IMG/VR virus record: IMGVR_UViG_3300029319_000007
Reading direction: 5' to 3' (one strand)
Length of the DNA: 64,000 bases
From: a virus
Below are positions 48,334 to 57,686 of the stretch, one piece after another; positions within the stretch are counted from its first letter, which is position 1, and each line of letters starts with the position of its first letter. The notes below the pieces were generated by a model, which did not search any database, was not told the DNA's origin, and was given only the letters and a program-made list of their open reading frames with translations. A program made the position numbers and the translations under genes.

Positions 48334-50880
48334 ATGGCTGATTTTAAAGATGTAGTTCTAAGGTTACAAGAGAACAAAAACGATAACAGACAAGCATTTG
48401 TAGAACAAACGCAAGAGTTATCTAAAGTTTTTGCTGAGAGTATTAAATCTCAGAATAGATCCTTTGGGCAATCTTTATCATTACAGACAAACAAAACAAA
48501 TCAAACACTAACAAATATCGCTTCGACTTTACAAGGATTACAAAGTGTATTTACTGCTGATATGAAAGCAGACAAAGACTTTATAGGTCCTTTACCTGAA
48601 GGTCAAGAACAAAATATAAATTCATTAACAGGCATATATGATGTCTTAGTTTCTATTGATACAAACTTAAAAGAACAATTTAATTATGATAAAAGAGCAG
48701 ACAATGAAGCAGAAAGAAAAGCACTAAATCAACCAGGTGGTTTAGGGTCAGGTGCATTCCCAATACCTTTACCTGTCACAATGGAAAAAGGTAGTAAGGG
48801 TGGGATAGCAAAAATGTTTGGCGCTGCAGGTGCTCTTGCTGCTGGTGCTCTTGCAAGTGCAAAAGGTATTGCTACTATGGGTCTTGCAATATCTGCTTTC
48901 TTTGGTGGATTAGTATTAGGTAATGAAGCATTAGGTATGGCAAAAGAATCAGGTTTTGACTTTAACATGACTGCAACAAAAGACGCCGCTAAAGGTTTCT
49001 CTGGCATAGTGCAAGAGTTATCACCTGAAGCAATGATTGCATTAGGTGGTATTATTGCTGCTGGCGCTGTTGCAACAAAAGGTGGTGGTAGTGCTACAAA
49101 AATGGCACTAGGCGTAGGTCTCATGGGTGCTGCTATTACAGCATTCTTTGGTGGGTTGTTATTAGGTAATACAGTTCTTGAAGGTGTAGGTTCAGTTGTA
49201 GGTACAGACTTTAGTGGATTTAAAAAAGTCGTTGCAGGATTCGATAGTGTCATAAGTGAAATGTCAGATTCAACAATGCTTGTAATAGGTACTTTGATTG
49301 CTGCTGCTACAGTCGCAAGTTTTAAAACATCATTGAAAGGGCAGGCAATGGGTCTTGCTGTTGCCTCAATGGGACTTGCAATAACAGGTTTCTTTGCAGG
49401 TCTTGTTGCTGGGGATGCATTACTTGAAGGTATCTCTGTAATAGGTGGTAATTTAAATCTATCAAATTTAAAATCAGTTGTTATTGGATTCAATGATGTC
49501 ATAGGTGCATTGACTACAGAATCATTAACTGCATTAGGTGTTATCTTTGGATTATCGTTCTTAACAAGTTATGGTACAGCATCAAAGGCATTAAAAGTAG
49601 GATATGGTATGACTGCCATAGGTGCAGGTATATCAGGATTCTTTGTAGGACTTGCTGCAGGTGACGCTGCTTTATCATTCTTAGGCACAGACTTTACAGC
49701 ATTACCTACTCTCATACAAAACTTTGGCGACGCTATAGGTAATCTTTCTGATCGTGCATTAGTTGTATTAGGTAGTTTATTAGGTGCAGGCGGTCTTATA
49801 GGAAAACTTGGTGGTGCAGGATCAGTAGCAATAGGTATGGGTGCGATAGGTGCTGGCATAGCAGCATTTTTCGCTGCATTTGGTGTTGCAGATTTTGTTG
49901 CTGCAAATGTAGGTGATGGTAGTTCATTTGTAAACTTAGTAAAAAACTTTGGCGAAGCAATAGGTTCACTTGATACAACTGCTTTAATTGCATTGGGTGG
50001 TTTATTAGGTGCAGGTGCAATCTTTGGTATGGTCCCAGGCGCTGCAGGTGCTGCTGCAATAGGTATGACAATGATAGGTGCTGGAATTGCAGGTTTCTTT
50101 TTAGCATTTGATGGTCTTGCAAAACTAGGTTCTGTTATTGGTGTTGATGGTTCATCAACTAAAAAACTTATTGAAAATATGGTTAGTGGTGTTGCAAAAC
50201 TTAATGAAATAGATGGTGATAATTTACAAAAAGTTGTAGGACCTCTTGCATTAGTAGGACCTGCTATACTTGCATTTATGGGTTCTGATGGTATTGCTGG
50301 CGCTGCCGCTGCGATAACTGATAAAGTAAAAGGTTTCTTTAACTTCATCTTTGGAAAAGACGAAGAAGAAGGACCTCAAAGAACAATCATAGATGAAATG
50401 GTTGATTTATTGAAACCTGTTGATCAGTTAAACAATGTAAACTTAGATGGTTTTATTGAAGCAACAAATGCATTATCTGAATTTGTAAATACAGATTATA
50501 GAGGTAGTGCTGATGATTTCGAATACTTTGTAAATAAACTTTACACAACAATGCCTAAATTAGAAGGTGCTGTATTTGGTGATGAAGATATTATGGGATT
50601 AGCATATAACACAGGTGGTTATGTTCAAGCGTCTAAAAATATTAACATGTTGAAAAATGCTCTTGCAGGTAATTTAGCAGAAAGTACAGATATTAATAAT
50701 GCTGCGACAGGTACTGGTGCAACTGCAAATCTAGTTAACAGTAATACAAGTTCATATCAAACTAATAATAATTCAACTTATTCAGTTGCGTCAAGTTCAG
50801 TAAATAAAGATAGAACCGTTGTCGCTACGAATAATGTCAACGGTTCTTTCTATGATGTTTCTTTTAGTGAAGATTTTTAG
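48334..50880 (+). CDS. Tape-measure-like protein (gp29 position) with hydrophobic repeats
   Basis: Follows gp26/gp51; N-terminal coiled coil; six Gly/Ala-rich hydrophobic repeats; Asn/Ser-rich C-terminus. Confidence 0.65.
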   Translation: MADFKDVVLRLQENKNDNRQAFVEQTQELSKVFAESIKSQNRSFGQSLSLQTNKTNQTLTNIASTLQGLQSVFTADMKADKDFIGPLPEGQEQNINSLTGIYDVLVSIDTNLKEQFNYDKRADNEAERKALNQPGGLGSGAFPIPLPVTMEKGSKGGIAKMFGAAGALAAGALASAKGIATMGLAISAFFGGLVLGNEALGMAKESGFDFNMTATKDAAKGFSGIVQELSPEAMIALGGIIAAGAVATKGGGSATKMALGVGLMGAAITAFFGGLLLGNTVLEGVGSVVGTDFSGFKKVVAGFDSVISEMSDSTMLVIGTLIAAATVASFKTSLKGQAMGLAVASMGLAITGFFAGLVAGDALLEGISVIGGNLNLSNLKSVVIGFNDVIGALTTESLTALGVIFGLSFLTSYGTASKALKVGYGMTAIGAGISGFFVGLAAGDAALSFLGTDFTALPTLIQNFGDAIGNLSDRALVVLGSLLGAGGLIGKLGGAGSVAIGMGAIGAGIAAFFAAFGVADFVAANVGDGSSFVNLVKNFGEAIGSLDTTALIALGGLLGAGAIFGMVPGAAGAAAIGMTMIGAGIAGFFLAFDGLAKLGSVIGVDGSSTKKLIENMVSGVAKLNEIDGDNLQKVVGPLALVGPAILAFMGSDGIAGAAAAITDKVKGFFNFIFGKDEEEGPQRTIIDEMVDLLKPVDQLNNVNLDGFIEATNALSEFVNTDYRGSADDFEYFVNKLYTTMPKLEGAVFGDEDIMGLAYNTGGYVQASKNINMLKNALAGNLAESTDINNAATGTGATANLVNSNTSSYQTNNNSTYSVASSSVNKDRTVVATNNVNGSFYDVSFSEDF

Positions 50881-50982
50881 GCCGTCTGATATCTAGGCGT
50901 CTTCATTAGGTTTGTTAAATTTTTAATCTTTTTTCGTTTCGTCTGTTTCTTTAAGTTTTTCATTTTAGTTCTCCCTTTAAAG

Positions 50983-52860
50983 TTAGACAACATTGTTGCC
51001 ATTTGCCTTGTTATCGTCATGCGTTTCCTCCGGTTTAAATATAGTGATTAGTTCTTCTTTACCTTTCACCTTTATCTTATCTACTTCAACTGATTTAATA
51101 TCAACCAATTGTTCTTTCGTATAAGATGAATACAGAGTAGGTACTACTTTACCATTTTCATCTTTGTAATTTCTTGTTGTCGCTTCTAAACGAGCAGCAA
51201 GATTTACAGCGTCACCTATAACAGAATAATCTAGTCGCATTTCACTTCCCATATTACCTACTATACATGTGCCAGTATTTACACCTGAACCAATGTTAAT
51301 ATCTGGCAAACCTTTTTCTTTAAACTCTTTCTTAATTCTATCTGTTTCTTCAGCACATTCTATTGAAGTCTTAACTGCCATTTCTGCATGATTAGGACAA
51401 TCTAAGGGTGCGTTCCAAAATGCCATAATACAATCACCCATGTACTTATCAATTGTACCACCATTCTTCAATACTATTTTACTCATTCTGTTTAGATAGT
51501 CATTGATTACATTTACAAGACCTTCAGGATCATCATTGTTTTTATAGTATTCAGATATTGGTGTAAAACCTACAATATCCATAAACAAGAAACTCATTTC
51601 TTTTCTTTCACCACCTAGTTTTAATTTACTAGGATCTTTCACAAGTATTGCAACTTGTCTTGGGTCTAGATACTTTTCAAATTGTTTTCTAATTTGTTGT
51701 TTAGCACGAAACTCTAATATAAATCGTAAGAATGTTGAATGAAATCCTACAATAAATGCAGTTAATAATACCCATGTAAAATCTATTAATACAAGTGCTT
51801 GTTGAAAAAATAGTTGTGTATATGTGGGTAAACCTATCGCTAAAAAGACTAGAGAAAAACCTATTAACCAGTAAGGTGTAAATCTACAGATTATTACTAT
51901 AACACATCCTACAAAAAATGCAAGCAATAATTCTATTAATGAATCATATCTTTTGATCGTTTCACCGTCAAGTATTGTTTGTAGTGAGTTGGCACTTATG
52001 ACATAATCATATTGTTCGCCTTTTGGGGTTGCAATTATACTAGATAATCCTTCTGCTGTCAAGGCAAAAATTACTGTAGTACCTGCTGCTTCATTAAAGT
52101 CATCACTCGCTGCTGATATTGTTTTAAACTCTTTATTCCATCGTAACCATATTCTTGCGTTTGCGTCTGTATTGATTGTATCATATCCAGGCACTCTCAT
52201 TGCAACTACACCTGTTTGATCTGCTTTTACTTGATACGAAGGATCGCCTACTGCAACTCGTATTACTTCTACTGCCATATTAGGATAAACTTCGTCACCT
52301 ATTTTCATCAATAGAGGCACTCGTCTTACAACACCATCTATTTCAGGTGCTGTGTTTATAACACCTACACCTGCTGTACACTCTGCCAACTTTGGCAAAG
52401 GTCCTACCATGCCCGGCCATTCATATAAAAAATCTAATGGGTCACCTATCTTTGCAACACCTCGTGGCACAGGATTTGATTTACGATTTTGTACTGTTCC
52501 TGTTTGTGCAATAACTGTGCCAAACATAAGTGTTGTACAAAATTCATCATCATGACCAAATCTATCTTCTTCACTAAACAATATAGGCATAACAATGATA
52601 CCTGTTTCTGCCATTCTTGTCTTAACAATTAAATCTGATAATACATTTCTAGGCCATGGCCATTGACCATACTTTTCAATTGATTGTTCATCAATCGTTA
52701 TAATTGTAATGTCTCGGGAAGGTGTGACCTCTTCGTTTGAAAGAAGATAGTCAAATGATTTTAGGCGTAGTGTTTCTTTGAAACCGGGATCTTGAAACCC
52801 GATATATGTTAAGATGAACAGCGTAATAAACGCTGTTGCCCAATGATTAATATATTTCAC
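50983..52860 (-). CDS. CHASE2-domain membrane class III adenylate cyclase
   Basis: IDEQSIEKYGQWPWPR, DGVVRRVPL (CHASE2); TM helices; FMDIVGFT, DKYMGD, RLDYSVIGDAVNLAARLE, VKGK. Confidence 0.93.
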   Translation of the reverse strand: MKYINHWATAFITLFILTYIGFQDPGFKETLRLKSFDYLLSNEEVTPSRDITIITIDEQSIEKYGQWPWPRNVLSDLIVKTRMAETGIIVMPILFSEEDRFGHDDEFCTTLMFGTVIAQTGTVQNRKSNPVPRGVAKIGDPLDFLYEWPGMVGPLPKLAECTAGVGVINTAPEIDGVVRRVPLLMKIGDEVYPNMAVEVIRVAVGDPSYQVKADQTGVVAMRVPGYDTINTDANARIWLRWNKEFKTISAASDDFNEAAGTTVIFALTAEGLSSIIATPKGEQYDYVISANSLQTILDGETIKRYDSLIELLLAFFVGCVIVIICRFTPYWLIGFSLVFLAIGLPTYTQLFFQQALVLIDFTWVLLTAFIVGFHSTFLRFILEFRAKQQIRKQFEKYLDPRQVAILVKDPSKLKLGGERKEMSFLFMDIVGFTPISEYYKNNDDPEGLVNVINDYLNRMSKIVLKNGGTIDKYMGDCIMAFWNAPLDCPNHAEMAVKTSIECAEETDRIKKEFKEKGLPDINIGSGVNTGTCIVGNMGSEMRLDYSVIGDAVNLAARLEATTRNYKDENGKVVPTLYSSYTKEQLVDIKSVEVDKIKVKGKEELITIFKPEETHDDNKANGNNVV

Positions 52861-52868
52861 ATAATTAT

Positions 52869-53090
52869 TTATGCTTCTAGAGAGATCAAACCCTCTGCGT
52901 CAAAGACACATCTAGGTTGACCTATTTTATCCACTAAATCATAGTGAAAAATTTTAATCTCTGAACAAGAGAATTTATTGATAAGACAGTCTTTATAAAA
53001 AGCAGCGTCTTTTTGATTATAGAAGTGCATTTCATTCCATACACCGTCATGTGTTTTATACACAATTTCATATTTTTCTTTATGTTTCAT
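52869..53090 (-). CDS. Hypothetical protein
   Basis: 73-aa ORF. Confidence 0.5.
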   Translation of the reverse strand: MKHKEKYEIVYKTHDGVWNEMHFYNQKDAAFYKDCLINKFSCSEIKIFHYDLVDKIGQPRCVFDAEGLISLEA

Positions 53091-53174
53091 ACTTACTAAT
53101 ATATCAGATAAAAAACATAATACAAGAAAAAAAGGGTAATATATTATTACTTTAGATGATCAATATTGTCGCAC

Positions 53175-53549
53175 CTAATTTTGATTAATTGTCATGGTAC
53201 AAAAGGAATGTCCACACCAGAAATTACCACTATAACTCTTATTATTTCCTGTTTGTGTAAAATACATTGACGAACCTGTGCTTGTTCTACCGTCAACATC
53301 TATATCAAGTGTATTATTATTACCTACTTGGTCTATGTCAATAATAAATTCATCCATACTTACAATATCAAAATCAATATCATTGTCTTGACCGTCTTGA
53401 AACGAATTAAATGTTCCTTCGTCTGTATTACTATCTATTGTAAGGTTTAAATCATTCGCCCTCAAAGGTGGAACCTTTATAGATATTAAAAGTACCACTA
53501 CCAGTAAAAATATTAACATCATGTTTTCTTTTAGAAGTTTTCCTATCAT
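53175..53549 (-). CDS. Secreted curlin-repeat protein (minor subunit-like; start may be 53522)
   Basis: Signal peptide; QDGQDNDIDF, IDIDQVGNNNTLDIDV, FTQTGNNK, TMTINQN. Confidence 0.7.
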   Translation of the reverse strand: MIGKLLKENMMLIFLLVVVLLISIKVPPLRANDLNLTIDSNTDEGTFNSFQDGQDNDIDFDIVSMDEFIIDIDQVGNNNTLDIDVDGRTSTGSSMYFTQTGNNKSYSGNFWCGHSFCTMTINQN

Positions 53550-53628
53550 ACTTTGTTTTATCCTTTACTACTCTAGGTTTATATTTTGGTGTTCTAAGTT
53601 CTTTCGCTATTGGGTTCTGTTTCTTCAT
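53452..53628 (-). CDS. 58-aa basic protein with ArfA-like motif
   Basis: Hand-translated MKKQNPIAKELRTPKYKPRVVKDKTKYDRKTSKRKH... Confidence 0.55.
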   Translation of the reverse strand: MKKQNPIAKELRTPKYKPRVVKDKTKYDRKTSKRKHDVNIFTGSGTFNIYKGSTFEGE

Positions 53629-53944
53629 TTTTTTTCTTTGTTATCTTTTTCATTTTATTAATATATCTACGATAAACATCTGCTGCTGATGTCTTACCCA
53701 TTTCTCTTGCTCTTTGTTCCATTGCAATCGCTGCTTGTATTTTATGTGCATGTTTTTTACCAGATTTTTCAATCTTTGCAACACTCTTTTCAGCGTCTTT
53801 TACAGTTGCAAATTTAAGACCGTGTATAGTGCCTTTTGGGTTTTCATCTGTGTATAAATCACTATGTTTTTTAGAACCTGCTTTTTGACCAGGTTTTCTA
53901 GGTATTCTAGGATTATCTTCTAAAAACTTATAAAATGTTTTCAT
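53594..53944 (-). CDS. Basic conserved phage protein, possible head-internal protein
   Basis: N-terminus MKTFYKFLE; HSDLYTDENPKGTIHGLKF. Confidence 0.7.
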   Translation of the reverse strand: MKTFYKFLEDNPRIPRKPGQKAGSKKHSDLYTDENPKGTIHGLKFATVKDAEKSVAKIEKSGKKHAHKIQAAIAMEQRAREMGKTSAADVYRRYINKMKKITKKKNEETEPNSERT

Positions 53945-55080
53945 TGCAATTGTTCTATTGTTATTTCGTTTTCTTGACCCAATAGTTCGAAATCATACAT
54001 TTCAAACTCTCCTTGTATTATATTTAGTATATAACCATATTCTTGATCTAGTCTCAATTCAATATAACCGCCTGACGGATCTTCTCTAATCCACACCCAT
54101 TGTGGACTTTCATCTAATATAATCACACCTGTTTCAGGATCTTTACCTAATTTTATATCACCTATTGATTTTCTTTCTTCTTGTTTATCAAACTCGTTTC
54201 TCATTTCTTTTGCAAGTTCTTTGTTGATTTGTTTAAGAATGTCTGCTAAAAAATTTTGTTGTAAGAAATCTATATCTAAACCAGTCACATATAAGTTTTC
54301 TTCTTCTTCAAGATAATCTTTGTCTAAATCTTCAATCTGTAAAAAGTCAATATCTAATGCGTCTGCAACTTCTTTAATTTTCTTCACATAGTTTTCATCT
54401 TCTATTTCTTTGGGTTTAGATACAATCAACATGTTATTAATCATGTCTATTTCTAAATCTAGTTTTACAGGAGGTGCAGGTGGATTTTCTGGCACATATA
54501 CTTGTGTTGCCTGAAATGCTTGATTAAGTATTACTTGACCTGCAGCACTTTCAACACTAATCTCACCCACTAAACAATTACCATTTACATCACAACTTGG
54601 TAATAATATAATCGTAGAACCACCTAGTTCATCTATTGTCATAGAAAAATCAGTACCACGAACACCTATCGTTGCTGTAGGTGTTGTAATCTTTATATCT
54701 TGTCTTGATGTTTTAGCAATTTGACCTGACGCATATCTTATTGTGCCAAGTTTTGCTGATAAATTTAATTTACCTTTTTTTGTATTAGGATCATATACAA
54801 ACTCATCTATAATAAGTTTACTATGTTGTGTGACATCAACTCTAGTATCGTCAACAAACAATATGCCAACTTTACCATTACCTGTTTTTACTGTGTCGTA
54901 TTGTTCTATTGGGAGTTCTTCTTCGATTGTGATATCTATTTTATCACGATCTATTACGCCGTTGCCTTCTACTTGATCAACATTTCCTATGCTACCCCAC
55001 AATGAGGTAGCATAGAATAATATTAATATTATTATAGTCCACTTAGTCAGTTTGTGAAATATCGATATCATGGTTATCAC
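53941..55080 (-). CDS. Exported FecR-domain protein (start may be 55071)
   Basis: Signal peptide; DTVKTGNG..ILFVDDTRV..HSKLIIDEFVYDP..GTIRYASG..ITTPTATIGVRGTDF. Confidence 0.85.
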   Translation of the reverse strand: MITMISIFHKLTKWTIIILILFYATSLWGSIGNVDQVEGNGVIDRDKIDITIEEELPIEQYDTVKTGNGKVGILFVDDTRVDVTQHSKLIIDEFVYDPNTKKGKLNLSAKLGTIRYASGQIAKTSRQDIKITTPTATIGVRGTDFSMTIDELGGSTIILLPSCDVNGNCLVGEISVESAAGQVILNQAFQATQVYVPENPPAPPVKLDLEIDMINNMLIVSKPKEIEDENYVKKIKEVADALDIDFLQIEDLDKDYLEEEENLYVTGLDIDFLQQNFLADILKQINKELAKEMRNEFDKQEERKSIGDIKLGKDPETGVIILDESPQWVWIREDPSGGYIELRLDQEYGYILNIIQGEFEMYDFELLGQENEITIEQLQ

Positions 55081-55723
55081 CAGATGTTGTCAAATTAATT
55101 ATATTATCATAGACACCAGATTGTGTGATATCTACATCAGCGATTGAACCAGTATGTGAATGAACTAAAGTGTGTCCGTTAACATCACCATCACCATTTA
55201 TATCAATTAAAAAATTATTTGTGTCACCATTTACGGTTAAAGTTAATATAGCAGAAGTACCATCTATTGTAGCAGCAACAACATTGCTGTCACTTCCAGA
55301 TGACCCTGTTATACTTACAGTCGCATTGGCAGCGTCTGCTGTCTCACCAATATCAATATCTAAATCGTTGCTATTACCTGCCCATATAATTGAAGCAGTA
55401 GCAGTAGCACAAGAAGAATTGTTTCCTGTACTATCACAATTAAAGTCGATATCGTTTGAGTTACCAGTCGTACTAAATGTTCCTGTAAAAGTTGCACCGT
55501 TTACATCAAACTTTAAAACATTACTATTACCAACTTGATCAATGTCGATAGTAGTTGTAGCACCTGTGACTGTTGAAGCAGTCGTACTATTACCTACAGT
55601 ATTGTTTTGTCCGTCTTGGGTAATGTCGAGGTCAAGCGTAGCACCTGATTGTGTCACATAGATATCATTCGCCAATACCGGTAAGGCAAATAACATCAAT
55701 ATTGCGATTATTTTAGCATACAT
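55043..55723 (-). CDS. Secreted curlin-like beta-solenoid protein (CsgA/CsgB-like)
   Basis: Signal peptide ending VLA-ND; repeats ITQDGQNN, IDIDQVGNSN, TTGNSNDID, AGNSNDLD, VNGDTNNF, TSGDNHDIDISQ. Confidence 0.75.
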   Translation of the reverse strand: MYAKIIAILMLFALPVLANDIYVTQSGATLDLDITQDGQNNTVGNSTTASTVTGATTTIDIDQVGNSNVLKFDVNGATFTGTFSTTGNSNDIDFNCDSTGNNSSCATATASIIWAGNSNDLDIDIGETADAANATVSITGSSGSDSNVVAATIDGTSAILTLTVNGDTNNFLIDINGDGDVNGHTLVHSHTGSIADVDITQSGVYDNIINLTTSGDNHDIDISQTD

Positions 55724-55727
55724 TACT

Positions 55728-56546
55728 TTACTCCTCTATTTTAAATTGCCATAAGTCTTTTACAATACCCTCATGTATCATATTAAAGATAGCATGTTCG
55801 ATTGTAGTTCTTATGGCGTAATTAACCGGCTCATTAGTTGCGACACCGGTTTCTATTTCAAGTGCTTTTGTACTCATGTCAAGGAACCTGAATACATCAC
55901 CACCACTTGAATAACTTGCGATAGTCTTTGTTGCTGACACAGTAAGAACAATCTCACCTGTCTGTACTGCAACAAGTCTTAACGAAACTGTTACCTGGTC
56001 TGTACGATATTGTTCACTTAATCCAATGCCAAAATATCTTGCGCCAACACCACCTGATGTAATGTTAGAATCATATCCTACAATACCACCCTCTACTATA
56101 AGTCCTGCAAACTTTAGAGGTTTTAATTGGTTTTTAACATCACTTTCACCATCATATAATTCTCTTGTTGATCTTATTAGTTGTCTTTCTTTTACAAGAT
56201 TATCTAAACCTTCTCTTTCTAAAACTATAAACCATGGTTCATTACCACCTACTGCTTTTAAACCATTGATAACCCATGTTTCAGGTCCTTGTGTCACAGC
56301 AGTTGATAATTGAGAAAACTTTACATTAGGTTTTCTTTGTCCTGTTCTATCAGGAAAATCATAAACTGCAATCGTAATTTGTGGTTGACCTAGACTAGGA
56401 ATATTTTTTAATCTTTTAATTGTATCTGTTTCAATAGTGTAAGGTGTTTCGCCTTGATAAACACCATCTATCTTTTGTGTTGAGGCACAACCCCCTAACA
56501 AGCATATGAGCAGCATTGCAGCCGCAATTTGTGGTACCATTTCCAT
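55728..56546 (-). CDS. csgG: Curli secretion channel CsgG
   Basis: Lipobox LLGGC; IAVYDFPDRTGQRKP, STAVTQG, LEREGLDNLVKERQLIRSTR, EGGIVGYDSN..GGVGARYFGIG, DQVTVSLRLV. Confidence 0.95.
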   Translation of the reverse strand: MEMVPQIAAAMLLICLLGGCASTQKIDGVYQGETPYTIETDTIKRLKNIPSLGQPQITIAVYDFPDRTGQRKPNVKFSQLSTAVTQGPETWVINGLKAVGGNEPWFIVLEREGLDNLVKERQLIRSTRELYDGESDVKNQLKPLKFAGLIVEGGIVGYDSNITSGGVGARYFGIGLSEQYRTDQVTVSLRLVAVQTGEIVLTVSATKTIASYSSGGDVFRFLDMSTKALEIETGVATNEPVNYAIRTTIEHAIFNMIHEGIVKDLWQFKIEE

Positions 56547-56547
56547 A

Positions 56548-57018
56548 TTAAAATTTAAAGTCGCCTACTGGCACAGACATTGTTGTTGTTGAACCGTCTG
56601 GTGATGTAATTGTTAATGTTATTATTTCTGTTGTTGTATCTTTAACCCAATAGATTGTAGAACCTTCTACTTCAGCAGTTCCTGATGTTGGGCATGTACC
56701 CTCACATTCTGTGCCAAACATATTATCAACTAACTGTTTTGATAAATTAGCATAGATACGACTTTCAACATTCTTTATAAACTTGTTGATTGTGGTATTA
56801 TTTTCTTCACGCTTCGCTGCCGCTTCCGCTGACTTCTGATCGTCTTTAATACCTTTCTCTCTACTGTATCTTAATTGTTCAAGTGATAAGACATGTGTGC
56901 TGTATCCATTTCCTGAGAAAGAAGGATTTGAAAATTCATGTACAATTTCACTTGCAATGCTAGGTGTCGATAACACATAACAAAATATTCCTAGCACTAA
57001 TATTTTTAGTGCTTTCAT
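56548..57018 (-). CDS. csgF: Curli assembly factor CsgF
   Basis: Signal peptide, then SEIVHEFSNPSFSGNG (CsgF N-terminal FxNPxFxG motif); adjacent to csgG. Confidence 0.85.
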   Translation of the reverse strand: MKALKILVLGIFCYVLSTPSIASEIVHEFSNPSFSGNGYSTHVLSLEQLRYSREKGIKDDQKSAEAAAKREENNTTINKFIKNVESRIYANLSKQLVDNMFGTECEGTCPTSGTAEVEGSTIYWVKDTTTEIITLTITSPDGSTTTMSVPVGDFKF

Positions 57019-57026
57019 GCTACTAT

Positions 57027-57158
57027 TTATAAAAATAGAGAATATATGCCCACATATATTAGTGTTAATACTATTATGCCTGTTAGTGTTAACCCTGCGA
57101 TTTTAATCGCTCTTAGATACTCTATCTGATTCTCTACGCTTGTTATCTTTTTGTTCAT
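57027..57158 (-). CDS. 43-aa single-TM peptide
   Basis: MNKKITSVENQIEYLRAIKIAGLTLTGIIVLTLIYVGIYSLFL; overlaps the end of 57103-57405. Confidence 0.45.
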   Translation of the reverse strand: MNKKITSVENQIEYLRAIKIAGLTLTGIIVLTLIYVGIYSLFL

Positions 57159-57405
57159 TTTCTCTCATTTCTAATACGGCGTCAAGTTTTGATCTTAATC
57201 GTATTAAGTCATTATCTAGCATTCTAATACGATCTATTAGTGCTATTGTAGTCATTTGTGCCTTGTCTAATTTTTCAATTATTTGACCGGTCACATAATT
57301 GTATATGAAGTAAATAAACCAACCCATGGCGATTGCCGCTACTGTGGCAAAACCATATTGATTTAATATTTCAATAATAGGTGATGTTATTTCAACTTCA
57401 ACCAT
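57103..57405 (-). CDS. N-terminal TM + coiled-coil protein (holin-like pair, copy B)
   Basis: YGFATVAAIAMGWFIYFI; LIDRIRMLDNDLIRL. Confidence 0.7.
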   Translation of the reverse strand: MVEVEITSPIIEILNQYGFATVAAIAMGWFIYFIYNYVTGQIIEKLDKAQMTTIALIDRIRMLDNDLIRLRSKLDAVLEMRENEQKDNKRRESDRVSKSD

Positions 57406-57686
57406 TAATCCTTTCTTGCGTCTTCTTTACCATCTGATCTTGATATTCTATCTAAATCTGGTCGCAAGTTTAAAGCACTTGAAATCAATATATCTAATTT
57501 TATCATATCATGATTCATAGTTTTAATTCTGTTATCTAGAGCAGATATTAACATTGTGATTGTGCCAACTTGCTCTACAACTCCTGCAAGAATATACTTT
57601 AGAATGATGTAAATAAAAATACCCATAACAGCGGCTGCTGCTACAGGTAAACCAAATTGTACTAATATTTCTAAAAATAAGTCCAT
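57405..57686 (-). CDS. N-terminal TM + coiled-coil protein (holin-like pair, copy A)
   Basis: FGLPVAAAAVMGIFIYII; LDNRIKTMNHDMIKL; paralog of copy B. Confidence 0.7.
   Translation of the reverse strand: MDLFLEILVQFGLPVAAAAVMGIFIYIILKYILAGVVEQVGTITMLISALDNRIKTMNHDMIKLDILISSALNLRPDLDRISRSDGKEDARKD

Noticed and set aside
48729-50348. 257-aa and 259-aa minus-strand ORFs
   Set aside because: Antisense to the Gly/Ala-rich tape-measure-like gene
50877-50963. 28-aa basic ORF (MKNLKKQTKRKKIK...) after the cyclase, with GGGAG upstream
   Set aside because: Plausible but too short and featureless to support without homologs
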